Notes under the pieces: model-generated
The model's input: only the letters and a program-made list of their open reading frames with translations
The model's database searches: none
What the model was told of the DNA's origin: nothing
Source: a candidate division FCPU426 bacterium
GTDB lineage: Bacteria > Oederibacteriota > PGYV01 > Palsa-1178
Assembly: GCA_963840035.1 (NCBI GenBank)
Contig: CAWIXE010000002.1
Span: forward strand, 1,184,001-1,248,000
DNA length: 64,000 bases
Direction: 5' to 3'
Shown: positions 21,059 through 30,934 of the stretch, piece after piece
Position numbering within the stretch: the stretch's first letter is position 1
Layout of the letters: every line of letters begins with the position of its first letter
Program-made: the position numbers and the translations under genes

Positions 21059-21757
21059 ATGAAGCCCAAAAAACTTTCAATAATTATGCCGGTATATAAC
21101 GAGAAAAAGACCATAGAACAGATGGTAAAAACCGTTGAAGACACCCCGCTTAAGGGCTACTTAAAAGAGTTAATAATAGTGGATGACGGTTCGACTGACG
21201 GCACCAGGGACATAATTAAAAAAATGAAAACCCGCTATAAGAACATAAAATTCATACTCAAGGAAAAGAATGAGGGCAAGGGCTCTGCTGTGCGCGAAGG
21301 GATAAAACACGTGACCGGAGACTACGCGGTCATACAGGACGCCGACTTAGAATACGACCCGGCTGATTACACCCGCCTTCTCGGCCCTCTTGAAAAAGGC
21401 TTCGCCGACGTGGTATACGGCTCGCGTTTTATCGGAGGCTCTCACAGGTCCTTCCTGTTCTGGAACTATGTGGCCAACAAGATATTGAATATCGTGACAA
21501 ACATACTGTATAACACCCTTTTAACCGACATGGAGACATGCTACAAAATGTTCAAAGCCGGAATCTTAAAATCACTGGTCCTGCATTCAAATGGTTTTGA
21601 GATAGAGCCGGAAATCACCGCTAAAATCTTAAAAAAGAAATATAAAATTTATGAAACCCCGATAAACTTTTATGGCAGGGGTTACGAAGAAGGCAAAAAG
21701 ATAAAAGCCAGCGACGGTTTTATCGCTTTATGGACTTTAATAAAAAACAGGTTTTAA
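21059..21757 (+). CDS. GT2 glycosyltransferase (DPM1-like polyprenol-phosphate glycosyltransferase)
   Basis: IMPVYNE, VDDGSTDGT, QDADLEYDP, YGSRF, TDMETCYK, EPEIT; GAGGAG RBS upstream. Confidence 0.9.
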   Translation: MKPKKLSIIMPVYNEKKTIEQMVKTVEDTPLKGYLKELIIVDDGSTDGTRDIIKKMKTRYKNIKFILKEKNEGKGSAVREGIKHVTGDYAVIQDADLEYDPADYTRLLGPLEKGFADVVYGSRFIGGSHRSFLFWNYVANKILNIVTNILYNTLLTDMETCYKMFKAGILKSLVLHSNGFEIEPEITAKILKKKYKIYETPINFYGRGYEEGKKIKASDGFIALWTLIKNRF

Positions 21758-21794
21758 CCTCTTACTGACAAAACCGGCCGTACGATATGCGGCC

Positions 21795-21834
21795 GCAACA
21801 AAAAAAGCCGCTTTTAAGCGGCTTTTTTTGTTGC
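21795..21834. terminator. Bidirectional intrinsic terminator
   Basis: GCAACAAAAAAAGCCGC-ttttaa-GCGGCTTTTTTTGTTGC between two convergent genes. Confidence 0.85.
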
Positions 21835-21854
21835 ATAAATTTTACTCTTTTATA

Positions 21855-24215
21855 TCATGGTGTAACATTCGTATTGTTGTCAAACTGGGGCATTATCGCG
21901 AACTTTTGCGTTTTGCGCTCAAGCCTTCCTTCTGAATTCTTCGACTCGATTACCGCTATGTAGTAACCCGCGCCTATCGTATCCCCGTTGCTGGCCTTGA
22001 CATCCCAGGCCACCATGCCGTCTTCAAGTTTTGCCTTGAATTTCTTGACCTGCTCGCCGTTGATATTATATATGTAAACTGTAACCCATCCTGTGCCCAC
22101 ATATGTCCAGCCGATGATGATATGGTCCACCTTTGAGACTTCAGGGCCTTTATACGGGTTTGGCATGACCTTTATCTCGCCAAGCGTAGAAACCGCGGTT
22201 TCATTCAGGACTATGATAGTCCTGGAATCAACGCTGGTCCTGCCGGATGAATCCTTAAGTATAAACTGCAGCTCATAAGTTCCGTTGCCCACCCTTATGC
22301 CCTGGCTGTTCTTGCCGTCCCAATAAAGGTAATCAGGCCCTTTGCCGTATTGTATGGCAATCGGCGAAGCAACCTTGTCAAAACCAAGGACAGGGTTATC
22401 GTTATAAAGTTTTACGCTCAGTTTGTCCACTACGGGATTATCGATCCTGATAATCCTTACTGTCTCTCCCGCACTGTTGAAAATGGACATCTCAAGGTAA
22501 TGGTCCATCGTAATGACGTTAATGTCCTTTATTAATACAGTTGTATGGTCATATGTGTCCGTCTGTTCTATCTGTATGTAATACTTGCCCGGCGAGACTG
22601 TCTGCAGCGCCGAATTATCCGCCTGCCAGAACCATGATGTAGACCCGTTGCCAAGCGTGGAAGGGGTTCCGAGCCCCGGGAATTTCAGCTCAAGCGCCTG
22701 GCCCGGCCCGACTATATTTTTCGAATCCGTACCGACATACAGGCTTACGTCCTGCATGAGCTTATTGCATACATCCTGTGCTATCACCTTAACAAGCTCC
22801 CCTGCCTCGTTATATACGCCTATCTTTATGGTGTAAGGGAACGGGGGCCTGGTGGGCGTTATCGTCGGCGTGCTGGTTACGGTGTTAGTCACGGTAAATG
22901 TGGGCGTGGCAGTCCTTGTCGGGGTATCGGTGGGCGTCGCAGTCATCGTATCGGTGCTTGTGTAAGTCGGGGTTGCCGTCGAGGTATCCGTGGCCGTGTA
23001 GGTAAAAGTCACCGTCTGGGTGGCTGTATATGTCGGTGTAGCCGTATAGGTAAATGACTGGGTCGGGGTAGCAGTATATGTGTTGGTGTCGGTATATGTG
23101 GGCGTGGCCGTCCTTGTAGCCGTATATGTCGGAGTGTAGGTCGGGGTATAAATGGGCGTATCCGTAAATGTCGGTGTGGCTGTATATGTGGAAGTGTATG
23201 TCGGCGTCGCGGTGGATGTGTTTGTCGCGGTAAATGTGGGGGTATGCGTCGGCGTATTTGTCGGGGTGTACTGCGGCGTATTAGTAGATGTAAGCGTGTA
23301 TGTCGAAGTTTGCGTGTAAGTCGAGGTATAAGTGCTTGTGGAAGTATAGGTGTTTGTATATGTATAGGTGGACGTCATGGTATATGTCGAAGTGGACGTC
23401 CTTGTGCTCGTCGACGTGGGCGTATAGGTCACGCTCGGGGTATTTGTCGATGTGGGTGTAAATGACGGGGTGCTCATCAAAATCGGCACAAAAGCGCAGC
23501 TGGTGGAGCCTTTGGAATCATAAACGCAGTTCAGCTTCCCCACGGTCGTAGGCGACGCTGTCGCTGTAGGTATGGAACATGGCAATTTGCCCCTTTGTGA
23601 ATCAATTGTCCCGAGAGCATCAGTCCATTCCATCTCAAGTACTCCGCCCCTGAATAGCGCCACGTTGGCATAATTTGACATGACGGCCGGAGCCCTTGTA
23701 TAATCGTCGCAGGCCGGGTCCATGGGATTGAGCCATCCAGTGACAGCTAAATTCATGGTAACCGACGTCCATCCGCCGGGAGGTATGGCTGCCGCAGGCG
23801 TATAATCCTGTGTAAACTGCCATGTTGCCCCTTCGATGGCGCACGAGAACGCGCTTGCTGAAGCAGCGCCTATGCTGCCGCCATTTCCCTGATATCCCGC
23901 GGTCGAAGGATAAGCTGCCGAATAAATACCGCCTATCTGCGGTGAATTATTAAAAGGCGCGGCTGAAGAGTTTGTCCAGACCGCTATGGTAAAAGGGCCG
24001 GCAACGGGTGCCGCCGTATTATTTATGATGACGCAGCTTATATTCTGGCTCTGGTTGGTACAGCCGCTCTGGGTCTGCACGCACATAAGGTTAAGCCCGG
24101 CCGCTGCAAACAATGAAGACGACATGGCGCAGAAAACAGAGACAATCAGCGCAGCCTTCAGCTGAGTACGTGAGATAAAGCCTCTTTTACTGTTTGCCAA
24201 TTCCTGACTTTTCAT
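21855..24215 (-). CDS. Secreted stalk protein B1: signal peptide, CBM3-like domain, Cys-bracketed Asn hairpin, Thr/Pro stalk, C-terminal FlgD-Ig/sorting-like domains
   Basis: ATG 24215 with GGGAGA RBS (ORF-track start 24233 is TTG); signal ending SSLFA; long T-x alternating tract; YNEAGELVK, WDGKN, PNPYKG, IYNINGEQVK motifs. Confidence 0.8.
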   Translation of the reverse strand: MKSQELANSKRGFISRTQLKAALIVSVFCAMSSSLFAAAGLNLMCVQTQSGCTNQSQNISCVIINNTAAPVAGPFTIAVWTNSSAAPFNNSPQIGGIYSAAYPSTAGYQGNGGSIGAASASAFSCAIEGATWQFTQDYTPAAAIPPGGWTSVTMNLAVTGWLNPMDPACDDYTRAPAVMSNYANVALFRGGVLEMEWTDALGTIDSQRGKLPCSIPTATASPTTVGKLNCVYDSKGSTSCAFVPILMSTPSFTPTSTNTPSVTYTPTSTSTRTSTSTYTMTSTYTYTNTYTSTSTYTSTYTQTSTYTLTSTNTPQYTPTNTPTHTPTFTATNTSTATPTYTSTYTATPTFTDTPIYTPTYTPTYTATRTATPTYTDTNTYTATPTQSFTYTATPTYTATQTVTFTYTATDTSTATPTYTSTDTMTATPTDTPTRTATPTFTVTNTVTSTPTITPTRPPFPYTIKIGVYNEAGELVKVIAQDVCNKLMQDVSLYVGTDSKNIVGPGQALELKFPGLGTPSTLGNGSTSWFWQADNSALQTVSPGKYYIQIEQTDTYDHTTVLIKDINVITMDHYLEMSIFNSAGETVRIIRIDNPVVDKLSVKLYNDNPVLGFDKVASPIAIQYGKGPDYLYWDGKNSQGIRVGNGTYELQFILKDSSGRTSVDSRTIIVLNETAVSTLGEIKVMPNPYKGPEVSKVDHIIIGWTYVGTGWVTVYIYNINGEQVKKFKAKLEDGMVAWDVKASNGDTIGAGYYIAVIESKNSEGRLERKTQKFAIMPQFDNNTNVTP

Positions 24216-24269
24216 GTTTTTCTCCCGGGACAATCCCGTTTTTCTTTTGATATAACGGCAGACTTTTTT

Positions 24270-26621
24270 TTACGGTACCGCAGTCACCTTGCCGACCCAT
24301 GTGACGCTCTGGTTGCAAGTTCCTTTGGGGATATCCCCGAGGCTCCACGATACCGTACCTGTGCCGGGGCATCCCGTACAGCCGCCTGTGCAGCTTGTAC
24401 ACTGTACCCCTGCCGGAACAGGATCTGTTATCACATAATTATGAAGCACTCCTACGCTGTCGTTACAGTATGTTATGATCCATGTAATATTGTCGCCATT
24501 TAAAACAGGTGTTAAAGGTAACGCGGTTTTCGTTAAACCGGTTATTTCAGCGCAGATCGGGCTTGCGATTACCCTGTTCGACTTCTGCGCGATTATGCCC
24601 GTGCCGCCAATCCAGCTTTCATTGGTTATGGGGTTGCATGATTTGACCTTGCCCCACCAGGTAAGCGAACCGCCTTCATCCTGCAGATTGCCGAGGTTAA
24701 AAGTAACAACTCCGCCCGCGAACGACCCTGATTTCGGCGCGGCAGGCGTGTTCATTCCCGTATAAACGACTGATCCGTCGTTGTTATTAGGAAGCGTGTC
24801 CCATACAGTGGTTGTGGCCGCGGTAAAAGGGTTGTACACCACAAAATTATTATATGAATCCTTTGCATATTTCGTGGCATCGTCCCCGCCCTGCTCGGCT
24901 ATACCCGGCCTCCAGTTGGAGCCGTTATTGCAGTTAAGCGCTGTCCTTCTTGCCGCGTCCGTATCGTTCCATTCTATCTGGTATCCGCTCGGTTCCGGGT
25001 CGCCCTTTGGCCACGCCTTTGCCATGAAATGGTACTGGTTCGCCGGGTCAATCCAGATCTTCACGCGCCACCATTTGTTCGCGGTAATTGTCGGGTCCGG
25101 CTGGCCCGGTATGGCCACCGCTGGAGGCCAATAACATCCCGGCCCCGCGGTACAAGCCTGGAATTCTATATGGCCGGCGGTATACCCGCCGATGTTTTTA
25201 TCCACGGATATTGCCAGGCCGTACGCATTGCCGCTGGCAAGCCCGTCGTTCCTGATAAATATCATCGCGTCGGAACCTTCGTAACCGTTCGGGTCTATCA
25301 ACACATCCGTTTCTATGATGCCGCTGCACATTTTGGAAGTTGCTGGAAGGCCGTTAAACAATAACGCGGGATACTGTTTTGTGGCGCTTACCGAACCTGT
25401 TATGACCCTGTCCCCGGTGTTGCAGTTGTCCGCGACTTCCCACTGCCCTTCAGTCCCGTTTTGAGGAACAAAACTCCATCCGGGTACGGCGGGGCCACCT
25501 ATGCCGTATTTGCCGTATATGCCGTTTGGTATGTCGTCAAAAGGCTGGTATCCGACAAGCTCCATTCCGTTTACATTATATGTGAGTATGTAAGTGATGT
25601 TATCATCGTATGACGGGTTTGATTCGCTCTGGTCCTTTATAATGGATACAGCGGCCTGGCCGACCGTGTTTGTGGCATCAGCGGGCACGCTTCCAACCAA
25701 TGGCATGGTGCCTGTCGCGCTGTTTTTGTATTTTGTGTTGAATACCGGCGCTGTAGCCTGCCTGTATAGCATCCAGACAGTACCGCTGGCAGTACCCGCC
25801 ATACCTGTCCTGTCATACATGGTCCAGGAAAAATTCCCGGTGGACGCGCCGACGGCAGGCCCCGTAGCCGGCACGCCGGCTATGGATGTAGGGCCGAAAG
25901 AAACGAGCTGCAGCGCGCCGCCGTTAGGAGGCACAATATCGGTTATGGAAAACGGCCCGTTCCAGTATTCATAATCTATTGAAAATAAAACGAGGTCCCC
26001 GATTATCTGTACAGCGCCCACGGTCCTTTTGCTTATTGAAAAGCCCCTGGGTATTGTGCCTATGTTCCATGATAACGCCGGCGGGTCCAGTGCGCATACG
26101 GACGAACCGATCCATTCAGGGGCGTTAAGGTTTTGGTCTTTCATTCCGACATACAGGTAGAGTTTTGTGACGTTGCATCCTGGATAATAAGATGCCGGGG
26201 GGACATGCACGGTATATGTGACTGTGCGTATGGTGCTCTGGACATTATTATTGCAATCTGTGCAGTTGCCTGTGCCCGGCCCGTTCGGGTTCGCATTTGC
26301 AAGCCAACCTATCTCTCCGCCGGTCGTCGCCTGCGGCTGGGAAGTGGCCACATCTATCCCCGCCCTGCTCACCACAAAAACCTGGCCGTTTCCCGAGAGT
26401 TCAGCGCTGGTCTTAGTCGGCTGTGAACTGATGGCTATGTCTATCATGGCTGCGTTATAGTTTTGGGAGCAGTATCTTACGGTGATATCCACCGCATCCC
26501 CGAAAGTCGGGGTTGAGGGGTTCATGGTGACGCTTATGACCTTAGGACCTGCAGCAAGAAAAGCTGCAAACAGCATGAACGCCATCATAAAAACTGTATT
26601 TTTAAGGAAATTTCCGCTCAT
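24270..26621 (-). CDS. Secreted Cys-rich protein A1: N-domain, DUF11-like domain 1, DUF11-like domain 2 with inserted ConA/LamG-like module, C-terminally truncated DUF11-like domain 3
   Basis: Signal peptide; repeated (S/T)(I/L)xK...GDxxT(Y/W)xxxY...TDxxP...W...N pattern; KWWRVKI module; no C-terminal sorting domain. Confidence 0.75.
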   Translation of the reverse strand: MSGNFLKNTVFMMAFMLFAAFLAAGPKVISVTMNPSTPTFGDAVDITVRYCSQNYNAAMIDIAISSQPTKTSAELSGNGQVFVVSRAGIDVATSQPQATTGGEIGWLANANPNGPGTGNCTDCNNNVQSTIRTVTYTVHVPPASYYPGCNVTKLYLYVGMKDQNLNAPEWIGSSVCALDPPALSWNIGTIPRGFSISKRTVGAVQIIGDLVLFSIDYEYWNGPFSITDIVPPNGGALQLVSFGPTSIAGVPATGPAVGASTGNFSWTMYDRTGMAGTASGTVWMLYRQATAPVFNTKYKNSATGTMPLVGSVPADATNTVGQAAVSIIKDQSESNPSYDDNITYILTYNVNGMELVGYQPFDDIPNGIYGKYGIGGPAVPGWSFVPQNGTEGQWEVADNCNTGDRVITGSVSATKQYPALLFNGLPATSKMCSGIIETDVLIDPNGYEGSDAMIFIRNDGLASGNAYGLAISVDKNIGGYTAGHIEFQACTAGPGCYWPPAVAIPGQPDPTITANKWWRVKIWIDPANQYHFMAKAWPKGDPEPSGYQIEWNDTDAARRTALNCNNGSNWRPGIAEQGGDDATKYAKDSYNNFVVYNPFTAATTTVWDTLPNNNDGSVVYTGMNTPAAPKSGSFAGGVVTFNLGNLQDEGGSLTWWGKVKSCNPITNESWIGGTGIIAQKSNRVIASPICAEITGLTKTALPLTPVLNGDNITWIITYCNDSVGVLHNYVITDPVPAGVQCTSCTGGCTGCPGTGTVSWSLGDIPKGTCNQSVTWVGKVTAVP

Positions 26622-26724
26622 ATATTTCCTCCAAATTTTACTTCATAAATTAGACATCGAAAACTATATATAGTTTCGGTAATTTTAAGGAAAACTTTAC
26701 ACATTTCTTATAAAACAACACCTT

Positions 26725-26753
26725 ATTTTATACAATTATAGGAATTATGTCAA
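26725..26753 (-). promoter_or_regulatory. Sigma70-type promoter for the A1-B1 pair
   Basis: TTGACA (26748-26753), 17 nt spacer, TAAAAT (26725-26730). Confidence 0.65.
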
Positions 26754-26770
26754 ATATTATTAAGGGAGGT

Positions 26771-26969
26771 ATTTTCAATTTTAAATTTTCTATTTTCAAT
26801 TAAAATCCAGTACAGAAAACGCCATATTTTATTGATATTTTCTGTTTTACAGCACAAGATTTCACCCCTGTAGCGGCCGCATTTAATGCGGCCTCTGCAA
26901 AAACAACAAAACGCCAGTTTCCCGGCGTCTTGTTGTTTAATTGAAAATTGAAAATATAAAATTGAAAAT
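26771..26969. repeat. Intergenic inverted repeat built from ATTTTCA-like heptamers, enclosing a REP-like hairpin and a terminator-like hairpin
   Basis: Arms 26771-26804 and 26936-26969 match at 32/34. Interior has GTAGCGGCCGCATTTAATGCGGCC (26870-26893) and an imperfect AACAAAACGCC...GGCGTCTTGTT hairpin. Confidence 0.75.
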
Positions 26970-26973
26970 CGCC

Positions 26974-29900
26974 CTAATACACATTCCCCAAATTCCCGTT
27001 TTGCATCATGACGGCTATCTTTGCCGTTTTCCTCTCGAGCAGACCCTCTGAATTCCTGGAATTAATTACAGCCACATAGTATCCAGCCGCTATTGGTTCT
27101 TCCCCGTTGCTTGCCATGAGATTCCATGCCACACCGCCGTCCTCAAGCCTGGCTTTAAATTTCTTTACCTGCTCGCCTTGCAGGTTATAAATATATACAG
27201 TAACCCATCCTGTCCCGGTAAATGACCAGCCTATGTCTATGTGGTCTACCTTTGAAACCACAGGGCCCCTGTAAGGGTTTGGCATTATTTTCACATCGCC
27301 AAGCGAAGAGTCTATTCTTTCATTTAATATATTCACTGTCCTTGAACCCTGTATCATCCTTCCCGAGTGGTTGGTAAGGACGAATTGTATCTCATAAACG
27401 CCGTTGCCCACCCTGACCCCGAGGTCATTTTTCCCGTCCCAGTCTATAAAACTTCCGGGCGCGTATTCAATTGATACCGGATTGTCATTTTTACCAAAAC
27501 TTATATCTTCCTCAATCTTTAGCGTAAGTTCATCAGCAGCCGGATTATTCACCCTGATAGTCCTGACCGCCTCGCCTGCCGTGTTAAACACCTTCATCTC
27601 GACATATCTGTCAAGATGCAGCACGGTTATGTCTTTTATAAGGACCGTCACATGGTCATAAGTGTCTTTTTGCGATATCTGTATGTAATATTTTCCCTGC
27701 GACACCGGCTGGTTTGCTGTATTATCCGCCGCCCAGGTGAAAACGGTAAAACCGTCCTGTATGGTATCAGGCGTGCAAAGCCCCGGGAAATTTATCGAGA
27801 GCACTCCGCCGGGCCCGATTATGCTGTCAGCGGCCCCGCCGGTTGACATCCAGACGTTCTTCATGGCCGCGGTGCATGGCTCTTCGGCTATGAATTTAAC
27901 CAATTCCCCCGCCTCGTTATAGACGCCGATCTTTATCATGTACGGAAATGGCGGCTCAGTCGGCGTGATAGTCGGCGTATTAGTCACTGTCCTTGTGGCA
28001 GTCAGCGTGGGCGTATGCGTCCTTGTATCTGTCGGCGTCGCTGTTTCAGTCACGGTCTGGGTCGATGTCTTTGACATAGTCTGCGTGAATGTGAAAGACT
28101 CGGTAGGCGACGCGGTAAGCGTCGGCGTGGCGGTAAAAGTCGGCGTCATGGTTTTTGTATTTGTATCAGTCGGGGTCGACGTGCGCGTAAACTCGGGCGT
28201 ATGGGTAAATGTCGGCGTGTGGGTGGACGTGGACGTATATGTCGGCGTATCCGTGTTTGTGGGCGTGGGTGTGGCTGTATCGGTATATGTGGAAGTGGCG
28301 GTCCTGGTAGGCGTGGCAGTGCTTGTCGGTGAATATGTAGGGGTCACTGTGGGCGTGAATTCCGGCGAATTAGTATACGTAGGCGTCACCGACGGTGTGG
28401 CTGTCCTCGTGGCTGTCGCGGTATATGTGTCCGTGGCAGTCGGCGTGGCCGTCCTTGTGGCCGTGTCGGTGCTTGTCGGCGTATGCGTAGACGTTGCCGT
28501 AAATGTGAATATCACCGACTGCGTAAATGTCGGGGTCGCTGTCATGGTCGCGGTCTTAGTCGGCGTCGATGTCTTCGTGTCCGTGGCTGTATAAGTGTCT
28601 GAAGGCGTGGAAGTCAGCGTGTATGTCGAAGTTGCCGTCCTGGACGGCGTAGCCGTAAGAGTGTTTGTGTACGTGGAAGAAGGCGTATATGTCGGCGTAT
28701 TTGTCCTCGTTGAAGTGTATGTGGACGTCGGCGTATTTGTCTTCGTTGCCGTGGATGTGGGGGTATTGGTAGGCGTGCTGCAGAGCACTTTGAGCGATAC
28801 GATGTTTGAGTACACAGGCTGGCCTGAAGCGCCGTCTATGTACGCGCTGTTGGTTATGGCGGCCGGGTCCTGTGTGCAATCCACCCTGCCCCACCATGTA
28901 AGCGAACCCGTCTGGTTTGTAAGCGAACCCATATCCCATTTCACAGTCTGATTAGGCGCCGTGCCTGCCACAGTTGCCGCGCCTCCGGGGCCCGTTCCTG
29001 AACCAAGATACGTGATTCCCAGCGGCACAGTGTCCAGTACCACGGTATTCTCGCTTGAAGACCTTTCCTTATATATAGTAAAGTTATCGTATGAGTCCTT
29101 TACATCCTTTGAATTTCCTGTCTGCTCATTTACTCCCGGACGCCAGTCTTTATATGTCCCTGTCCCGTCGCAAATCCACGCGGCGTCTGAATTTAACAGG
29201 GGGTCTGTATAATCTATGTCCCAATTTGTCGGCTCAGAATCGCCCCTGGGCCATATCCTCGCCCTTATCCTCTGCCCTCCGCCGGAATTAGTAACCCAAA
29301 TCCTTACCCTGTACCATTTATTTGCCGACGGGTAGCCAATTGACGGCGCCGGACCGCCCGGAGTCACGCCGATGTAGGTACACGTCGTCCCGGCGCACTT
29401 CTGATACATTAAAAAACCGGGGGTTGGGGCTTCATCAATGGATACCACAATGCCTATTCCCTGCGCTGCTCCGCCGCTTTGCCCGTTATTCCTGATGACG
29501 ATCTGCCCGTCAGCCCCCGGGAACGTGCCCGGGTCGATCTTTATGTCAGAAACTATGATGCCTGTGCAGAACTGGTCGCTGTCAGCCGGAAGGTGCGGGG
29601 CCGCGCTGCCGTCATTTAAAAGCATTCCAGGATACATATCCGAAGCTCCGGTAAATACCCTGTCGCCGGTGCTAAAACCCGTGCACGGGTCTCCGACAGT
29701 CCAGGTTGTCGCGGCAGTGCCGCCCACCGGCATCCATCCGGCCGGCGCCCCTGACGGGCCGATATAATTACCCGCGGCTATGTCGTCAAACCCGCTGAAA
29801 CTTTTTAATATGTAACCATTAATGTCGTATGAAAGCGTATAAGTTATGGTGTCGCCGCTGTTTAAAACCGGGGCGCTTTCTGATTTTGTCAGGCTGACAG

Positions 29901-30864
29901 CCGTGGCGCCCGTTGTGACCGTGGCCGGAGGCGTGTCATAATTTGGCTGGCCGTTCATGGAGCCGTGGGCTATATTTGAATATGAACCCGATGGAACTCC
30001 TGTAACCGCGCACAGCATCCACACCGTGCCTTTTACAGAGCCATTGATGCCTGTCCTGTCCGGGAAAGTCCACGTGATAGTCCCCGCTGAATTCACAGCG
30101 CTTCCCGCAGGCGGCCCGGGGATTGTCTGCGGCCCCCATGAAATAAGTGTGAAGCCTGCCGGTACCGAGTCAACTATCTTAAAATTGCTGCCGTTTGCAT
30201 ATTCGTAATCCACCGAAAAGAGCACTTTGTCCCCTGCTGCCTGAAGCACTCCCTCATACCTTTTTGCTATCTTAAAATATGTCGGGAAGGTCGGGACATC
30301 CCAGCTTATTGCTTTTGCCTGGCATGCCGCAAGCGGCTGCGAACCCACAGGATCCCAGCTCTGCGCGCCTGAGAGGTAAGAATTTTTGGCGGCTGCGTGG
30401 ACATACAGTTTTGTCAGGTTACAGTTTGGGAAATTATCGGCATTGGGTATTTTTATGGTGTAATGAAGCCTGACCGTCCTTGACGGGTCTCCCGCGTTGC
30501 AGCCATTCGTGCATGGGGTGGGAGTAAGCGCCGGCAGCGACGAGAGCTGTACGAGGTTAGGGTCCTTGTATCCTATCTCGTCCTCGGATGATAAAAATGT
30601 AATCTTTTCCTTATTTACCCCATACTTGGTCACCATGAAAACCTGCCCGCCGCTGCCCGGGGTTGTCCTTACAGGAGATTGGCTTATGGCAAGGGCTATC
30701 TGAGCCTCATTATAATTATTCGTGCACATGTCAACATAGACATCGACAATCTGTCCGAACACAGGCTGGGCCGGGACCATTGTAATCCCTATTATCTCAG
30801 GTTCGGCAAATACAAATGCCGCCATAAGAAGGGACATAATTAAAAGCACAAGTTTTCTCAGCAT
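26974..30864 (-). CDS. Secreted protein C: one-gene fusion of an A-type head (N-domain, two DUF11-like domains, ConA-like insert) with a B-type Thr/Pro stalk and FlgD-Ig/sorting-like C-terminus
   Basis: N-half collinear with 24270..26621 and 33937..36243; C-half collinear with 21855..24215 and 31150..33879 (PPFPY.IKIGVYNEAGELV, PNPY). Confidence 0.8.
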   Translation of the reverse strand: MLRKLVLLIMSLLMAAFVFAEPEIIGITMVPAQPVFGQIVDVYVDMCTNNYNEAQIALAISQSPVRTTPGSGGQVFMVTKYGVNKEKITFLSSEDEIGYKDPNLVQLSSLPALTPTPCTNGCNAGDPSRTVRLHYTIKIPNADNFPNCNLTKLYVHAAAKNSYLSGAQSWDPVGSQPLAACQAKAISWDVPTFPTYFKIAKRYEGVLQAAGDKVLFSVDYEYANGSNFKIVDSVPAGFTLISWGPQTIPGPPAGSAVNSAGTITWTFPDRTGINGSVKGTVWMLCAVTGVPSGSYSNIAHGSMNGQPNYDTPPATVTTGATAVSLTKSESAPVLNSGDTITYTLSYDINGYILKSFSGFDDIAAGNYIGPSGAPAGWMPVGGTAATTWTVGDPCTGFSTGDRVFTGASDMYPGMLLNDGSAAPHLPADSDQFCTGIIVSDIKIDPGTFPGADGQIVIRNNGQSGGAAQGIGIVVSIDEAPTPGFLMYQKCAGTTCTYIGVTPGGPAPSIGYPSANKWYRVRIWVTNSGGGQRIRARIWPRGDSEPTNWDIDYTDPLLNSDAAWICDGTGTYKDWRPGVNEQTGNSKDVKDSYDNFTIYKERSSSENTVVLDTVPLGITYLGSGTGPGGAATVAGTAPNQTVKWDMGSLTNQTGSLTWWGRVDCTQDPAAITNSAYIDGASGQPVYSNIVSLKVLCSTPTNTPTSTATKTNTPTSTYTSTRTNTPTYTPSSTYTNTLTATPSRTATSTYTLTSTPSDTYTATDTKTSTPTKTATMTATPTFTQSVIFTFTATSTHTPTSTDTATRTATPTATDTYTATATRTATPSVTPTYTNSPEFTPTVTPTYSPTSTATPTRTATSTYTDTATPTPTNTDTPTYTSTSTHTPTFTHTPEFTRTSTPTDTNTKTMTPTFTATPTLTASPTESFTFTQTMSKTSTQTVTETATPTDTRTHTPTLTATRTVTNTPTITPTEPPFPYMIKIGVYNEAGELVKFIAEEPCTAAMKNVWMSTGGAADSIIGPGGVLSINFPGLCTPDTIQDGFTVFTWAADNTANQPVSQGKYYIQISQKDTYDHVTVLIKDITVLHLDRYVEMKVFNTAGEAVRTIRVNNPAADELTLKIEEDISFGKNDNPVSIEYAPGSFIDWDGKNDLGVRVGNGVYEIQFVLTNHSGRMIQGSRTVNILNERIDSSLGDVKIMPNPYRGPVVSKVDHIDIGWSFTGTGWVTVYIYNLQGEQVKKFKARLEDGGVAWNLMASNGEEPIAAGYYVAVINSRNSEGLLERKTAKIAVMMQNGNLGNVY

Positions 30865-30934
30865 GTTCTCCCTTTCGTTGTTAACCGTTTAAATATATGG
30901 ACAAAAAAAATGAGGTTTAGTTCCTCACCAAAAT

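Noticed and set aside
22850..23474. Thr-x-Thr periodicity resembling ice-binding or antifreeze beta-solenoids
   Set aside because: Frequent Pro, no fixed coil length, and a position between folded domains fit an extended linker or stalk better.
24216..24272. A1 and B1 are in the same frame separated by a single TAA (A2 and B2 are also in frame), suggesting stop readthrough or a broken fusion pseudogene
   Set aside because: B1 and B2 each have their own RBS and signal peptide, the A2-B2 gap contains a second in-frame stop (TGA), and the break falls at the same structural point in two diverged paralogs, which argues for a selected split.
27938..28951. Long Val-rich plus-strand ORFs (also 31859..32350 and 23244..23465)
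   Set aside because: Antisense shadows of the Thr-x codon pattern of the stalks; no independent coding signal.
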